Of a stretch of DNA of 48,214 nucleotides, positions 29,983 to 39,447 are shown piece after piece. The translations under genes were made by a program, and so were the position numbers. Source of the DNA: Oscillospiraceae bacterium. GTDB taxonomy: Bacteria > Bacillota > Clostridia > Oscillospirales > Ruminococcaceae. The DNA lies in the NCBI GenBank assembly GCA_900757485.1, contig CAAEOA010000050.1, forward strand, positions 1 to 48,214, in the 5' to 3' direction. Below the pieces are notes generated by a model. It was not told the DNA's origin. It searched no databases and saw only the letters and a program-made list of their open reading frames with translations. Every line of letters starts with the position of its first letter. The first letter of the stretch is position 1.

Positions 29983-31836
29983 TCAAATCACTTGAAGAAT
30001 ATGCTCTAACACCCCTCTGATCTCGTCCTTGTCTGCTTCATCTCCAAAGGCACGTAGCGTGTAGAACACACCATCCTTCACCCAGTAAGCAGTAGGATCG
30101 TAATAGTCGCCGTTGTAGTATCCAGTGTTGTTCGACTCGTTTGTAGTCACAATCAGCACAGGGATGCCGGAACCACTGCTTACCGTTTTCTGCTCATAAG
30201 TAGCATAACCATTGGTAACACTTCCGGTAGTATGCGAACCGGGAGCTGCACAAAGCGTTGCGGATAACGTGATCTTAACTTTTCCTGAGTTGTAACCCGA
30301 AGAAATAGTGATTTCACTCAATTCTCTATCGAGGTTGGTTACAGATTGCATTGTGTTGGCATTGATTAGGATGTGCTTTACTTCTGTGTCAGGATCCGCA
30401 CTCTCCATCCCGAAATATCCAGTTGTATTCAACCAACCAATAGACTCAAGGGGATTAAAGACGGAAAAACCGATTGTTTCCTCACATTCATCCCACGAGT
30501 CCACCTGGATGCCTACCAAGCCCCACAGTTTACTCGATGTAAGCCTTTGTTCTTGTGTCATACCATCGTATGTCTTCCATTCCTGTTCGATCTTATCCAA
30601 AAGGATCTGACCAATGGACGAAAAATCGGTACCGGGCAAATAGGCACTGACCTCGTATGAGGATTCTTGATCGTCTGACGAAGTGTTATTTACCATTACA
30701 GCACTATAAACGGTTTGGGGTCCATCCACGCCGCCTATATTAGAGATAGAGGAATCATTTTCACTTGCTCCACCAAGGCACAAAGCAAGAGTTACACCCA
30801 AAACAACAACTGCACTAACAACAGAAAGAATAGCAATCAAATTCTTCTGTCTCGAATTGGAACAATCTTGTTCTCTGTTAAGTATCTCAAAGACCAATGC
30901 CGTTATGCACCCAGACGATAGGATCACCAACAGATCTATCGGTGCAAAAACGATGCCGGGCAAACCATTGAAAACAAAGCCAGAACCCAAACTGTACAGA
31001 TGACCGTTGAGCAAGATCATCTCGCCAATGTACATCAGGAGCGTCATTACCGAGGCAATCACTGCCGGGATCCAAACGGAAACAAGCTTCCGTTTTCCCA
31101 AAAGGAACGATCCAGCAAGCACACCAGCAGCAATTCCAAGAAGGACGAAGAATATGGTCATTAACGCTGCAGATAAAAGCGACACTTTAATGCTACCGTC
31201 TCTCCAGAAAGCGGTAAAGCAGGCGAGTATACAGAGGCCAAGGAAAATCGCGGAACAAATCGACTGCAGAACCAAAGATTTACAGCGTTTCTTATCGCCA
31301 CTCTTGATCATTTGTCCAAAACCATATAAGCAGTTCAAAATGGTAATAATCAATACAACGGAGATAATGTAAAAATGCAGCTTGAAGGCAGGGTTGTAAT
31401 CTCCCATCAAAATATCGACTGCTGTCTGCGTCTTGTATGTAGTTACGGTTTCTCCCCATCCTTCCGGAGGCACGTAACACATAAACATCTGCCAGTCCTC
31501 AAGCTTGGTGACAGTTTCTGCAGTTGATACCACGACCTTCTGCTCTAATAAGAATTCTAACGCAAAGAATATACCTATGGCAATTGAAGCTCCGCTAACA
31601 AATGCGAATCTCTTAAAGAACCTAATTAACAAGGGCATTAAGAGTACACCGACAATAATAGCTACGCTTATTGGCGTGTACGGAATGATATATTTGGGGT
31701 AGTTTTCTTTCAAAACAGCACCGTTTGTAATCATATCGCTAATTACACGTACTCCCATGGATAAGGGATAATACGAAGCTATCAGCACGCCGAGACACGA
31801 AAACAGATAATATCTGTTAAATGATTTGTTTTTCAT
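29983..31836 (-). CDS. Large polytopic membrane protein with C-terminal extracytoplasmic domain
   Basis: About 10 hydrophobic segments followed by a ~250-aa hydrophilic C-terminus. Start moved to MKNKSF (GGAG SD). Last gene of BlaI/BlaR module 1. Confidence 0.65.
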   Translation of the reverse strand: MKNKSFNRYYLFSCLGVLIASYYPLSMGVRVISDMITNGAVLKENYPKYIIPYTPISVAIIVGVLLMPLLIRFFKRFAFVSGASIAIGIFFALEFLLEQKVVVSTAETVTKLEDWQMFMCYVPPEGWGETVTTYKTQTAVDILMGDYNPAFKLHFYIISVVLIITILNCLYGFGQMIKSGDKKRCKSLVLQSICSAIFLGLCILACFTAFWRDGSIKVSLLSAALMTIFFVLLGIAAGVLAGSFLLGKRKLVSVWIPAVIASVMTLLMYIGEMILLNGHLYSLGSGFVFNGLPGIVFAPIDLLVILSSGCITALVFEILNREQDCSNSRQKNLIAILSVVSAVVVLGVTLALCLGGASENDSSISNIGGVDGPQTVYSAVMVNNTSSDDQESSYEVSAYLPGTDFSSIGQILLDKIEQEWKTYDGMTQEQRLTSSKLWGLVGIQVDSWDECEETIGFSVFNPLESIGWLNTTGYFGMESADPDTEVKHILINANTMQSVTNLDRELSEITISSGYNSGKVKITLSATLCAAPGSHTTGSVTNGYATYEQKTVSSGSGIPVLIVTTNESNNTGYYNGDYYDPTAYWVKDGVFYTLRAFGDEADKDEIRGVLEHILQVI

Positions 31837-31849
31837 CTTTCCGCTCCTT

Positions 31850-32773
31850 TCATCCTGCGTTAGTAAGCAGTACATAGAAGATGATTCCAATTAGGGCTAC
31901 AAATGCCACGAGGGAAATCCATGTTAACTTTCTAAAAGACAGTACATTTTCGATTCGAGTACGAATTCTCGCGCCGCCAAATGCAGATGCAAAAACCGTT
32001 GGTCCTTGACGGCATTCCAACAATGCAGTTGCGTACTCTTTTGAACGGTCAGCGCCAAGTTTTACAAGAACACGCTCATCACAAGACAATTCAAGATCTG
32101 CAAGGAGCGCTCTTAAAAACATCCACGCTAACGGATTAAACCAATGCACCGCAACAACCATAAAGGCTATCATTCTCCACAGATTATCAAGACCGCGTAT
32201 GTGTGTCTTTTCATGTTGAATGATAAGTTCGATATCCCTATCCTTATACGATAACGGCAGGATAATCTTTGGCCTTATAATACCGTACACCGCAGGAGAC
32301 GTAACTTTCTCTGAGAGATAAATGTTATCCTTCAGATGGGTTGAATCCTTGATTTCGTGTATCGTTGTAAAGTATATAATTATTAGCATCAAAAGAATGG
32401 CCAACGAGACAATGATCCAAATAACCGAGGCCACACCGAATATGTCATCAAGAATATTGACTTTATACGTTATTGGGAAATAAGTATTTGCAGCCATAAC
32501 ACTATTCATCATTGAAAAGGATATATCTTCAGTAGGCTGAAACACAACGATGGTTTTGGTGGTTATTTTGGATAGCAAAGTCATCAAACTGTAAGGGCTG
32601 TTCAGCCCCAAAGGAACCGTCATCCTCAGAATAGGAACTAACCAAAGAAATACCACTATTCTTCTCGGTATCTTTTTTATCAGTCTAACGAACATAACAA
32701 GAATGCCGGTTAAAGCTGCTGTTATGCTCATATTGAATATCCAATAAAAAACTTCCTGTAGCATAACCGTCAC
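31850..32773 (-). CDS. BlaR1/MecR1-type M56 peptidase, transducer domain only
   Basis: HEKTHIRGLDNLW (HExxH) in the M56 context. 4-5 TM. No appended sensor domain. ATGA-coupled to BlaI. Confidence 0.8.
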   Translation of the reverse strand: MTVMLQEVFYWIFNMSITAALTGILVMFVRLIKKIPRRIVVFLWLVPILRMTVPLGLNSPYSLMTLLSKITTKTIVVFQPTEDISFSMMNSVMAANTYFPITYKVNILDDIFGVASVIWIIVSLAILLMLIIIYFTTIHEIKDSTHLKDNIYLSEKVTSPAVYGIIRPKIILPLSYKDRDIELIIQHEKTHIRGLDNLWRMIAFMVVAVHWFNPLAWMFLRALLADLELSCDERVLVKLGADRSKEYATALLECRQGPTVFASAFGGARIRTRIENVLSFRKLTWISLVAFVALIGIIFYVLLTNAG

Positions 32774-33126
32774 CTATTATCAATAAGTTTACGCAACTCA
32801 TTGATTTCTTCGTCGGATAAGGGCTCATCCTCAAGCAAAGCAGAAAACAAAGCCTTGCGAGATCCTCCAAACACTTTCTTTACAAGAGACGCAGCTTCTA
32901 CCTTTTGCATTTGATTTTGAGAGATAAGAGGTGTACAAATAAATCCAGGATCTTCACGCTGAATAAATCCTTTTGCCTCCAGCTTTTTGATTACCGTATA
33001 GGTGGTATTCTTATTCCAACCAATTGTTTCTGCTGCAATCAAACTGATTTCCTTTGCAGATATGGGGCTTTTAGCCCATATAATCTCCATCACCTTGGCT
33101 TCACTTTCAAATAACTTTTCCTGCAT
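32770..33126 (-). CDS. BlaI/MecI/CopY-family repressor (copy 1)
   Basis: EAKVMEIIWAKSPISAKEISLIAAETIGWNKNTTYTVIKKLEAKGFI. Start moved to MQEKLF (GGAGG SD). Confidence 0.85.
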   Translation of the reverse strand: MQEKLFESEAKVMEIIWAKSPISAKEISLIAAETIGWNKNTTYTVIKKLEAKGFIQREDPGFICTPLISQNQMQKVEAASLVKKVFGGSRKALFSALLEDEPLSDEEINELRKLIDNR

Positions 33127-33140
33127 AACGAACCTCCACA

Positions 33141-33186
33141 GACTATTTCTATAGTCTATACTATCACAATAGTCTGAACTTGTCAA
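33141..33186 (-). promoter_or_regulatory. Promoter TTGACA-17-TAGTAT with two ACTAT-N4-ATAGT dyads
   Basis: -35 is rc of 33181-33186 and -10 is rc of 33158-33163. Dyads are GACTATTTCTATAGTC (33141-33156) and ACTATCACAATAGT (33160-33173). Confidence 0.6.
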
Positions 33187-33207
33187 GGTGCTTCACAGAA
33201 AAGTAAC

Positions 33208-33235
33208 AAAGGCGCCGCTGTGAAGCGACGCCTTT
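33208..33235 (-). terminator. Repeated hairpin family, copy 2
   Basis: AAAGGCGCCGC-tgtgaa-GCGACGCCTTT, starting 3 nt after the stop of the 33239 gene. The mismatch becomes G-U on the minus-strand RNA. Confidence 0.65.
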
Positions 33236-33238
33236 ATG

Positions 33239-33814
33239 TTATATCTGTTCCTCGTTTGTTGGGAGACACCTTCTAAGATCAAATAATGCTTTCATCAAGC
33301 AAATGCCTGCTATGAGGTAAACGATAAGCATAACCACTGAAATATAGGTCCATACCTCCGACAACCATGGATGTAAGCGTGTAATGATTAGGATTGCTGT
33401 CAGCATTACCGTTTGCAATGTTCTATACCGTAACAGCTTTGCGTCCTGCTCGTAGCCTTCAGGCTGATACTTGGTAGCGATAGATGCCAAGTTTGTTAGC
33501 AGCTGAAAATGAAAATATAGGTTCACAAGACTGATTATGATATCAACAAACTGCCACGCGCCATCAAGGTCAAACGAAAACCAACTTGCTAACCACGCTA
33601 TAGAATGCCAACCCACAAGAATTACTCCCAATGTGTGCAGCAAAGATAGTTCGCGCTCCTCATCCTGAAGATAATTGATATCAGAAAGGAAAAGCAAATA
33701 TCCAACAAATGAAGGGATAAGACTGACGGTGTTAATGTTGATGTTGAAATATATGAAGAAGTAGCCCCACGCAGCTTTTGAAATACCATCATATAGTTTC
33801 TGATAATTTGTCAT
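33239..33814 (-). CDS. Polytopic membrane protein, unknown family
   Basis: 191 aa with 5-6 hydrophobic segments. ATGA-coupled to the upstream BlaR-like gene. Confidence 0.65.
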   Translation of the reverse strand: MTNYQKLYDGISKAAWGYFFIYFNININTVSLIPSFVGYLLFLSDINYLQDEERELSLLHTLGVILVGWHSIAWLASWFSFDLDGAWQFVDIIISLVNLYFHFQLLTNLASIATKYQPEGYEQDAKLLRYRTLQTVMLTAILIITRLHPWLSEVWTYISVVMLIVYLIAGICLMKALFDLRRCLPTNEEQI

Positions 33815-35760
33815 TCTGCCACCCCTTCCTGCAGTTTCAAATCAAGTTGTGCTATGAGTTCATCATTAACGTATAGATCTGCCGCAAAGTATTCCGGAAG
33901 AACAGCATCACGGTTGGGGTCGAAGGTTCCACCGCCACCGTCATACGTTATAATCGGTCCCCATCCAGGTTCCGTTTTTTGACTGTTCCAGCTTTCACCA
34001 TTGTTGCTACTGCCTCCTGATTGATCGCCGCTTGGAACTCTCAAATTCTCAGGACGTTTCTCCCCGGCATATACTGGAAAAATAGAAAGACCAAGTCTCT
34101 CAATTTTCTCTCTATCTTCTGCTGTTCCAAGATGAGTTAAGATTTCACTCTGCGTTCTTGCAGCTCTTGTGAACTCAGCATTTGGCTTAGGGGTGGTGTC
34201 AAAATATGATGTACTTCCAAATAAAAAGTTGTTATTTTCACTTTGGACAGTGCTTTCCACCGTGTATACGGTTTGAACTTTCGCATCAATGCGGAAATCC
34301 GAATTTGTTCCAGAATACACAATGCCGGGAAGATCAATGCATCCCCAATCTAAGCTCTGTTCGATTGCTTCGACATTTCTGAAATCCTCCAAGGTAATAA
34401 CAACCCAACGTCCGTTTTCTTTTTCAGCCCTGAGATTCTGGACTACAAGATACATTTTTCCTTCTTCTTCAGGCTTACCATCGGGAGGATAATTCACCTT
34501 TATTACAAGGAGTCCCTCATAGGTGTTTTTATTACACTGCTTCAGATTGTAAATATAATATCCGCTTTGTGAATTTGGCCACTCATTCAGACCGCAATCC
34601 CAACTCGGAAAGATACCTGTCTTTTCCTTTTCGTGTATTTCATCAATGATTTCTTTCTGCATAGACTCAGGAGCACACATTACTCTATAGAGCCCATTCT
34701 GATCCAGTACCGCCTTTGCGTAGGTGTCAAATGCTCCTGCCGGTGTTGTGCATGAAGTGCTTCTTGCTGATGCCAAAGGCAACCACATCGAATTACTGGA
34801 CCAATCATATATTGTAGATGCCTGCACTCCCACAACCAAGGAAAGGGTCAGGATGATAATAACACAGACTGATACCAACTTCATTCCTACAGGATATTTC
34901 TTGAATCGTGCAATAGCTTCGATTCGCTCCCGGATATTTTTACCGCCGTTATTTATGCAAGTGCTTCCGGGCGTTTTCGCAAAACGATCATTCGCCATAG
35001 AGAGAAGGATCCGTCCATAGTCTCTGCGTTCCTCGCCCTCAAGTTGTTCAAGTACGTGCTGATCACAACGAGCTTCCATATCATTGATTGCCTGATTTGC
35101 GCAGTAAACAAGAAGCGGATTACACCAGTGAATGCATCTCAATAAACAAATTAAAACGCTCCAGAGTGTGTCTCCATACTTCATATGCAAAAGCTCATGC
35201 AGAATCACCTTGTCGTCTAAATCACAGTCCGTAGGCAGCACCAAGACAGGACGAATAATTCCGCACACAAATGCGCTCGGTAATCCCGGAACCTCAATGA
35301 CTTTTCCAATCTTGACTTTCTGCGCAGCTGCAATTTGTTGAATACGGTTATTGACCTCATCACTGGGCTGACATCCATTTCGTAATGCAGATCGGAGCCG
35401 GATATAAGAGACCAAATAAGTTATTACGTGGGCAACGACGCCAAGAGTATATCCTGCGAAGACCCATTGAAGAATAGTTTTCGGTATCGCTGTCATTACC
35501 GGAACGGGGAAAAGGACCTGGGTAAAGGAATAATCCCCAAACCATGATTTAATTACTTCTACAACCAACTGCCAGTGAAACAATGTATACCGCCCGTTAA
35601 GCCCCGCAGGTATCAATATCATTATTCCGAGGACTCCCCAAACGGCAAAGTGCCACTTGGGAGGAAGTTTATCCTTGAACAACGCCTTGATTACAAGCAG
35701 CAGAACCGCTACTCCGGAGGCAGTAAGGGTCTGGAGAAGAAATCCCCAAAAATCAAACAT
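33811..35760 (-). CDS. BlaR1/MecR1-type M56 peptidase with large uncharacterised C-terminal domain
   Basis: HELLHMKYGDTLW (HExxH). N-terminal TM domain. The ~330-aa C-terminal extracytoplasmic region shows no PBP/class-D beta-lactamase motif that I can recognise. Confidence 0.8.
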   Translation of the reverse strand: MFDFWGFLLQTLTASGVAVLLLVIKALFKDKLPPKWHFAVWGVLGIMILIPAGLNGRYTLFHWQLVVEVIKSWFGDYSFTQVLFPVPVMTAIPKTILQWVFAGYTLGVVAHVITYLVSYIRLRSALRNGCQPSDEVNNRIQQIAAAQKVKIGKVIEVPGLPSAFVCGIIRPVLVLPTDCDLDDKVILHELLHMKYGDTLWSVLICLLRCIHWCNPLLVYCANQAINDMEARCDQHVLEQLEGEERRDYGRILLSMANDRFAKTPGSTCINNGGKNIRERIEAIARFKKYPVGMKLVSVCVIIILTLSLVVGVQASTIYDWSSNSMWLPLASARSTSCTTPAGAFDTYAKAVLDQNGLYRVMCAPESMQKEIIDEIHEKEKTGIFPSWDCGLNEWPNSQSGYYIYNLKQCNKNTYEGLLVIKVNYPPDGKPEEEGKMYLVVQNLRAEKENGRWVVITLEDFRNVEAIEQSLDWGCIDLPGIVYSGTNSDFRIDAKVQTVYTVESTVQSENNNFLFGSTSYFDTTPKPNAEFTRAARTQSEILTHLGTAEDREKIERLGLSIFPVYAGEKRPENLRVPSGDQSGGSSNNGESWNSQKTEPGWGPIITYDGGGGTFDPNRDAVLPEYFAADLYVNDELIAQLDLKLQEGVAE

Positions 35761-35762
35761 AC

Positions 35763-36128
35763 TTACACCTCCATATTATCGAGTATCTTACGCAGACGTT
35801 CCCTTTCTTCCTGAGAGATAGGTTCTTCTTTCAAAAAGGCTGCTATAAGATCTCCAGTGGATCCACTGTAAACACGGTGGAGGAAGCTCTGTCGTTCTTG
35901 TTGCTGACAGCTCTCACGGTCCAATGTGGCATGATAAATGTGCGGGTATGTTTTCTTGTCGATCCGCACCAATCCTTTAGCCTCCATACGGGTTAGATAG
36001 GTCAGAACCGTATTACGGCTCCAGCCTGTGTTTTCATATAGTTTAGTAACGAGCGTACCAAGCTCAGCGCCCTCAGTTTCCCACAAAGCGTTCAACACGG
36101 TCCACTCTCTTTCGGACAGTTTCATCAA
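35763..36128 (-). CDS. BlaI/MecI/CopY-family repressor (copy 2)
   Basis: EREWTVLNALWETEGAELGTLVTKLYENTGWSRNTVLTYLTRMEAKGLV. Confidence 0.85.
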   Translation of the reverse strand: MMKLSEREWTVLNALWETEGAELGTLVTKLYENTGWSRNTVLTYLTRMEAKGLVRIDKKTYPHIYHATLDRESCQQQERQSFLHRVYSGSTGDLIAAFLKEEPISQEERERLRKILDNMEV

Positions 36129-36136
36129 TATACCTC

Positions 36137-36188
36137 CTACACTTGTAGTATCTTCTTATATACTACACCTGTAGTAACCATTTGTCAA
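36137..36188 (-). promoter_or_regulatory. Promoter TTGACA-17-TAGTAT with two TACA-N2-TGTA boxes
   Basis: -35 is rc of 36183-36188 and -10 is rc of 36160-36165. Boxes are CTACACTTGTAG (36137-36148) and CTACACCTGTAG (36163-36174), the classical CopY/BlaI-type dyad. Confidence 0.7.
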
Positions 36189-36210
36189 TAGATTTCAGGG
36201 AAAAGGCAGC

Positions 36211-36239
36211 AAAAGGCGCCGCATTTCTGCGACGCCTTT
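36211..36239 (-). terminator. Repeated hairpin family, copy 3
   Basis: AAAAGGCGCCGC-atttct-GCGACGCCTTT, just after the stop of the 36244 gene. Confidence 0.65.
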
Positions 36240-36243
36240 CTAT

Positions 36244-37434
36244 TCATTTTCTTTTTTTCTGAAGGAGTATCTCGATTAGTGAAAAAACGATAAAAACAAC
36301 TGCAACCAATGCAAGTGCATACCAAAAATATTCTGAGTACCAGGACTCATATCGTTGCCCCTCTATATCGCCGGGATCATACCACCAACCCATACTATGC
36401 ATTTCTGAAACAATCAATGCCGATGGAATAATCAGTAGGTTTCTTATTCCAGGAAGCAGCAGTTTTAGCCGTTCTGCTTTTTTACATATTAGAAAGACAA
36501 CAAAGATTATTACACTCGCCAATAGACAAGCAAGGCCAATAAGCACAACTGCAGTATAAAGAAATGTTGTTTCATTCGGATTATAGTCAAAATACGGGGC
36601 AATAACGAATAATGCACCTGCGATGACTGTCAGTGCAAGTTGTATCATGGACATCTTCTTACGTGTTTTACTAATAGGTTCGTTTAGTTTCTGTGGAAGC
36701 TCACCATTTGTAATCCATGCCAGATACGGTTTTTTACACTTCAAATATACCAGTGCAAGTATTAGAACAATACCGCCAAAGAACACTGTAAAATAACTAT
36801 ACGGTGTCACAACACTATTCACATAATCTGACGTAATCAATATAAGAGGAAGGGACATTAGTACAACTGCGAAAATAGCATAGAATGCTGCAAAGGACAT
36901 TGTACCCAAGGTGTTATTGAACCTTGCAACCAATGACTCATCTGCCATTTCAAACAATTCATTATCGGTTTTTACATCTTTTGTTCTGCTCACGGCAAGA
37001 ACGGCAATAACCAATGCACACGCCTCAAACAAGAGCATCACAGCAAAACCGATAACGGGACGGTAAAAGCCGTAGGAGATTCCGAACATACAAACAAGTC
37101 CAACAATAGCTACAGCCAATGAGATCCATATCAAAGTTTTGAAACCGGAAAGTGTTTTAGTTACAAGATTCCTAACCTGCTTTTCCACTCTCGGTTCTTT
37201 CTTTTCAGCGGGAGCTGATTCCAAAATGCGTTCACCCTTCAGCAGTTCATCACAAGTAACGCCGAACATCTCTGCCAGAGCAGGGATGACCGACAGATCC
37301 GGGGCGCACTCATCACGCTCCCAACGGCTGACAGCTTTATTGGATACATTCAGACGGTCTGCAACATCCTGTTGAGTCATACCGTTTGCTTTTCTTAGTG
37401 CGGCAATAAATTGCCCAATTGAATTCTTTGCCAT
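36244..37434 (-). CDS. XRE-family HTH fused to a polytopic membrane domain
   Basis: IGQFIAALRKANGMTQQDVADRLNVSNKAVSRWERDECAPDLSVIPALAEMFGVTCDELL followed by about 8 hydrophobic segments. Confidence 0.8.
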   Translation of the reverse strand: MAKNSIGQFIAALRKANGMTQQDVADRLNVSNKAVSRWERDECAPDLSVIPALAEMFGVTCDELLKGERILESAPAEKKEPRVEKQVRNLVTKTLSGFKTLIWISLAVAIVGLVCMFGISYGFYRPVIGFAVMLLFEACALVIAVLAVSRTKDVKTDNELFEMADESLVARFNNTLGTMSFAAFYAIFAVVLMSLPLILITSDYVNSVVTPYSYFTVFFGGIVLILALVYLKCKKPYLAWITNGELPQKLNEPISKTRKKMSMIQLALTVIAGALFVIAPYFDYNPNETTFLYTAVVLIGLACLLASVIIFVVFLICKKAERLKLLLPGIRNLLIIPSALIVSEMHSMGWWYDPGDIEGQRYESWYSEYFWYALALVAVVFIVFSLIEILLQKKRK

Positions 37435-37610
37435 AACAAAGCCTCCTGATGAAGTTTATTTTCAACCTCATTCTACAAAAATGGTATCGGGAATAACAGC
37501 CCGTATACCGAAAATCAGTCTCGCAAAGTGAGAATAAGGGTAGTTTTTCATCTGTAGACTCTATTATAACACATAAAATGCGTATTTCTATGAACAATTT
37601 CGCAAAAGGT

Positions 37611-37638
37611 AAAGGCGCCGCAATTCTGCGACGCCTTT
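37611..37638 (-). terminator. Repeated hairpin family, copy 4
   Basis: AAAGGCGCCGC-aattct-GCGACGCCTTT, after the stop of the 37651 gene. Confidence 0.65.
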
Positions 37639-37650
37639 AGTTAATGCGTA

Positions 37651-38340
37651 TTACTTTTCGATTTCCATAAGGTTGATTTGACCAAGTGCGATAAGATCCT
37701 GAATTGCTGAAGTGATCTCGGTCATTACCGTTTCGCTTTCATCCTTCTTGCCTGCATTTTCAATATAAACCGTACTTTCACCAAGTTCAAAGGTGGCATA
37801 GTAGATGACAGTTTTACCACTGCTGAAATACCCAGCATTAACAGAAACGCCGTCCACATCCGATGCCTTTTCTTCTCCTTCAATAACAAGATCGCTGATA
37901 CTCACGTCAGGAGCCGATACAAGTAGTTTCATATCATCATACTTGCCTTCAATACCAAGGATACTGTCATTCTCGTTATTAAAAAGAGCATAACCGGTAA
38001 CAGGTAAATCACCGAACAAATTTGTGATTTCATCCTCAGTCAGATCCCTCGTGCTGATCTCAAATGCGATATCAAACTGTGCGACACCGCCATCCGACTT
38101 AACGAAGTTGATCTTGTTTCCGTTGTCCAATGTTGCAATCTGCTCATTGCCTCCGAACAGACCACTCTGGAATACACCAAACCCAATAACGGCTACGAGT
38201 GCAAGGCAAGCTGCAATCGCACCCCATTTCATCCAAGCAGGGCGGCGAACAGTTTTTGCTTCGCCGGTATAGGCGGTGGCTTCATTGACATATTTCTGAT
38301 CAATATTGCCGATGGTTTCAGAGATTCTGTTTTTTCTCAT
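37651..38340 (-). CDS. Putative anti-sigma factor (single TM, extracytoplasmic domain)
   Basis: ATGA-coupled to the ECF sigma gene. Short cytoplasmic N-terminus, one TM (WGAIAACLALVAVIGFGVF), ~170-aa outer domain. Confidence 0.6.
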   Translation of the reverse strand: MRKNRISETIGNIDQKYVNEATAYTGEAKTVRRPAWMKWGAIAACLALVAVIGFGVFQSGLFGGNEQIATLDNGNKINFVKSDGGVAQFDIAFEISTRDLTEDEITNLFGDLPVTGYALFNNENDSILGIEGKYDDMKLLVSAPDVSISDLVIEGEEKASDVDGVSVNAGYFSSGKTVIYYATFELGESTVYIENAGKKDESETVMTEITSAIQDLIALGQINLMEIEK

Positions 38341-38906
38341 AAAGATACTCCTTCCTTAATCAAGTGCTTTCTCAGCTTTTCCCGTGTGCGAGAAAGCCGA
38401 ACCGAAACATTATGGTTGCTTGTATGAAAGAGTTCCGCAAGCTCCGAGATCGAATCCGAATGCCAATAACGACGAACAAACATTATTCTGTTTTCTTTGT
38501 CCAGGGTTGCAAGAAAGTCATCAATGATTCGAGCAACCTCGCCGGCATTGAATTCATCCTCAACAGAGGCGGAAGCCGGGAAACAGTTTTCCAGTTCGTC
38601 AAGTGCGACATCGTAGATGCTGTTTCGTTTTGCTGCGGTATTTGTGTGATACTTTTTAATAGCAAGATTACGAACGATACGACAAACATAACTCAAAAGC
38701 GGATTTGGTTTTTGAGGCGGTATTGTATTCCACGCTCCGAGATATGCGTCGTTTACGCATTCTTCGGTATCCTGCCGATTATTCAGTATGTTGTTTGCTA
38801 CTCTCGTGCATACAGAGCCGTACTTATTCGATAGTTCAATGATTGCCTGCTCCGAGCGCTCATAGAACAACTCAATTATTTTACTATCGTCCAAACTGCT
38901 CACCAT
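38337..38906 (-). CDS. ECF-type sigma-70 family RNA polymerase sigma factor
   Basis: Region 2 (DTEECVNDAYLGAWNTIPP) and region 4 (SISELAELFHTSNHNVSVRLSRTREKLRKHL). Confidence 0.85.
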   Translation of the reverse strand: MVSSLDDSKIIELFYERSEQAIIELSNKYGSVCTRVANNILNNRQDTEECVNDAYLGAWNTIPPQKPNPLLSYVCRIVRNLAIKKYHTNTAAKRNSIYDVALDELENCFPASASVEDEFNAGEVARIIDDFLATLDKENRIMFVRRYWHSDSISELAELFHTSNHNVSVRLSRTREKLRKHLIKEGVSL

Positions 38907-39002
38907 CCTTTCTGCCTCACCTTTATACTACGGATTCGGAAGCATTTATCTCACATTATTTGAAATTATATCAAAAAAATATGTATTTTTCTATGGACAG
39001 CG

Positions 39003-39032
39003 AAAAGGCGCCGCATTTGAAGCGACGCCTTT
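39003..39032 (-). terminator. Repeated hairpin family, copy 5
   Basis: AAAAGGCGCCGC-atttgaa-GCGACGCCTTT, after the stop of the 39043 gene. Confidence 0.65.
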
Positions 39033-39042
39033 GAATTATAGA

Positions 39043-39435
39043 TTATTTTGATTTGATAAATCCGCATCCAAATGTTCCTGCCAAGAGTACGGTGATGATA
39101 ACACCGATCACTGTGATGTAATCAAATCCGAACATCAGGGGCATAAGGGATGCTGCGGTTGCAAAACCGGCAACATTCATAATCGCGGTGTTCAGTCCCT
39201 TGCTGGGCTTGAACAGATAGATAGCAACCAGGACAAGCAGAACGCAGGTCAGGATCGCTGTGATGAACGGGCCGAAGTTGGCATAGCCAAACGGCGTCAA
39301 GCTGAAATAAGAATATGTCCTACACCACGGCTCACCCTCGGGGTTGGCAAAGTTCAGCACAGCACCGTTAGGCAGAAGCTCAAGGATCAGAGCAATGAGA
39401 GGTAATACAACAAAGAGAGTCTTTTTCATCTTCAT
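39043..39435 (-). CDS. Small polytopic membrane protein
   Basis: 130 aa with 4 hydrophobic segments. GGAGG SD. Confidence 0.65.
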   Translation of the reverse strand: MKMKKTLFVVLPLIALILELLPNGAVLNFANPEGEPWCRTYSYFSLTPFGYANFGPFITAILTCVLLVLVAIYLFKPSKGLNTAIMNVAGFATAASLMPLMFGFDYITVIGVIITVLLAGTFGCGFIKSK

Positions 39436-39447
39436 ATCATTGCCTCC

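Noticed and set aside
33811-35760. Annotating the 649-aa M56 protein as a beta-lactam sensor BlaR1
   Set aside because: Only the HExxH transducer domain is recognisable. I could not find the S-T-x-K / class-D-like sensor signature in the C-terminal domain, so only the family-level call is kept.
29936-39032. Whether the five repeated hairpins could be a CRISPR array
   Set aside because: The repeats are palindromic 28-30-bp units separated by 1.4-3.3 kb of coding sequence rather than 25-50-bp spacers. No cas genes are present.
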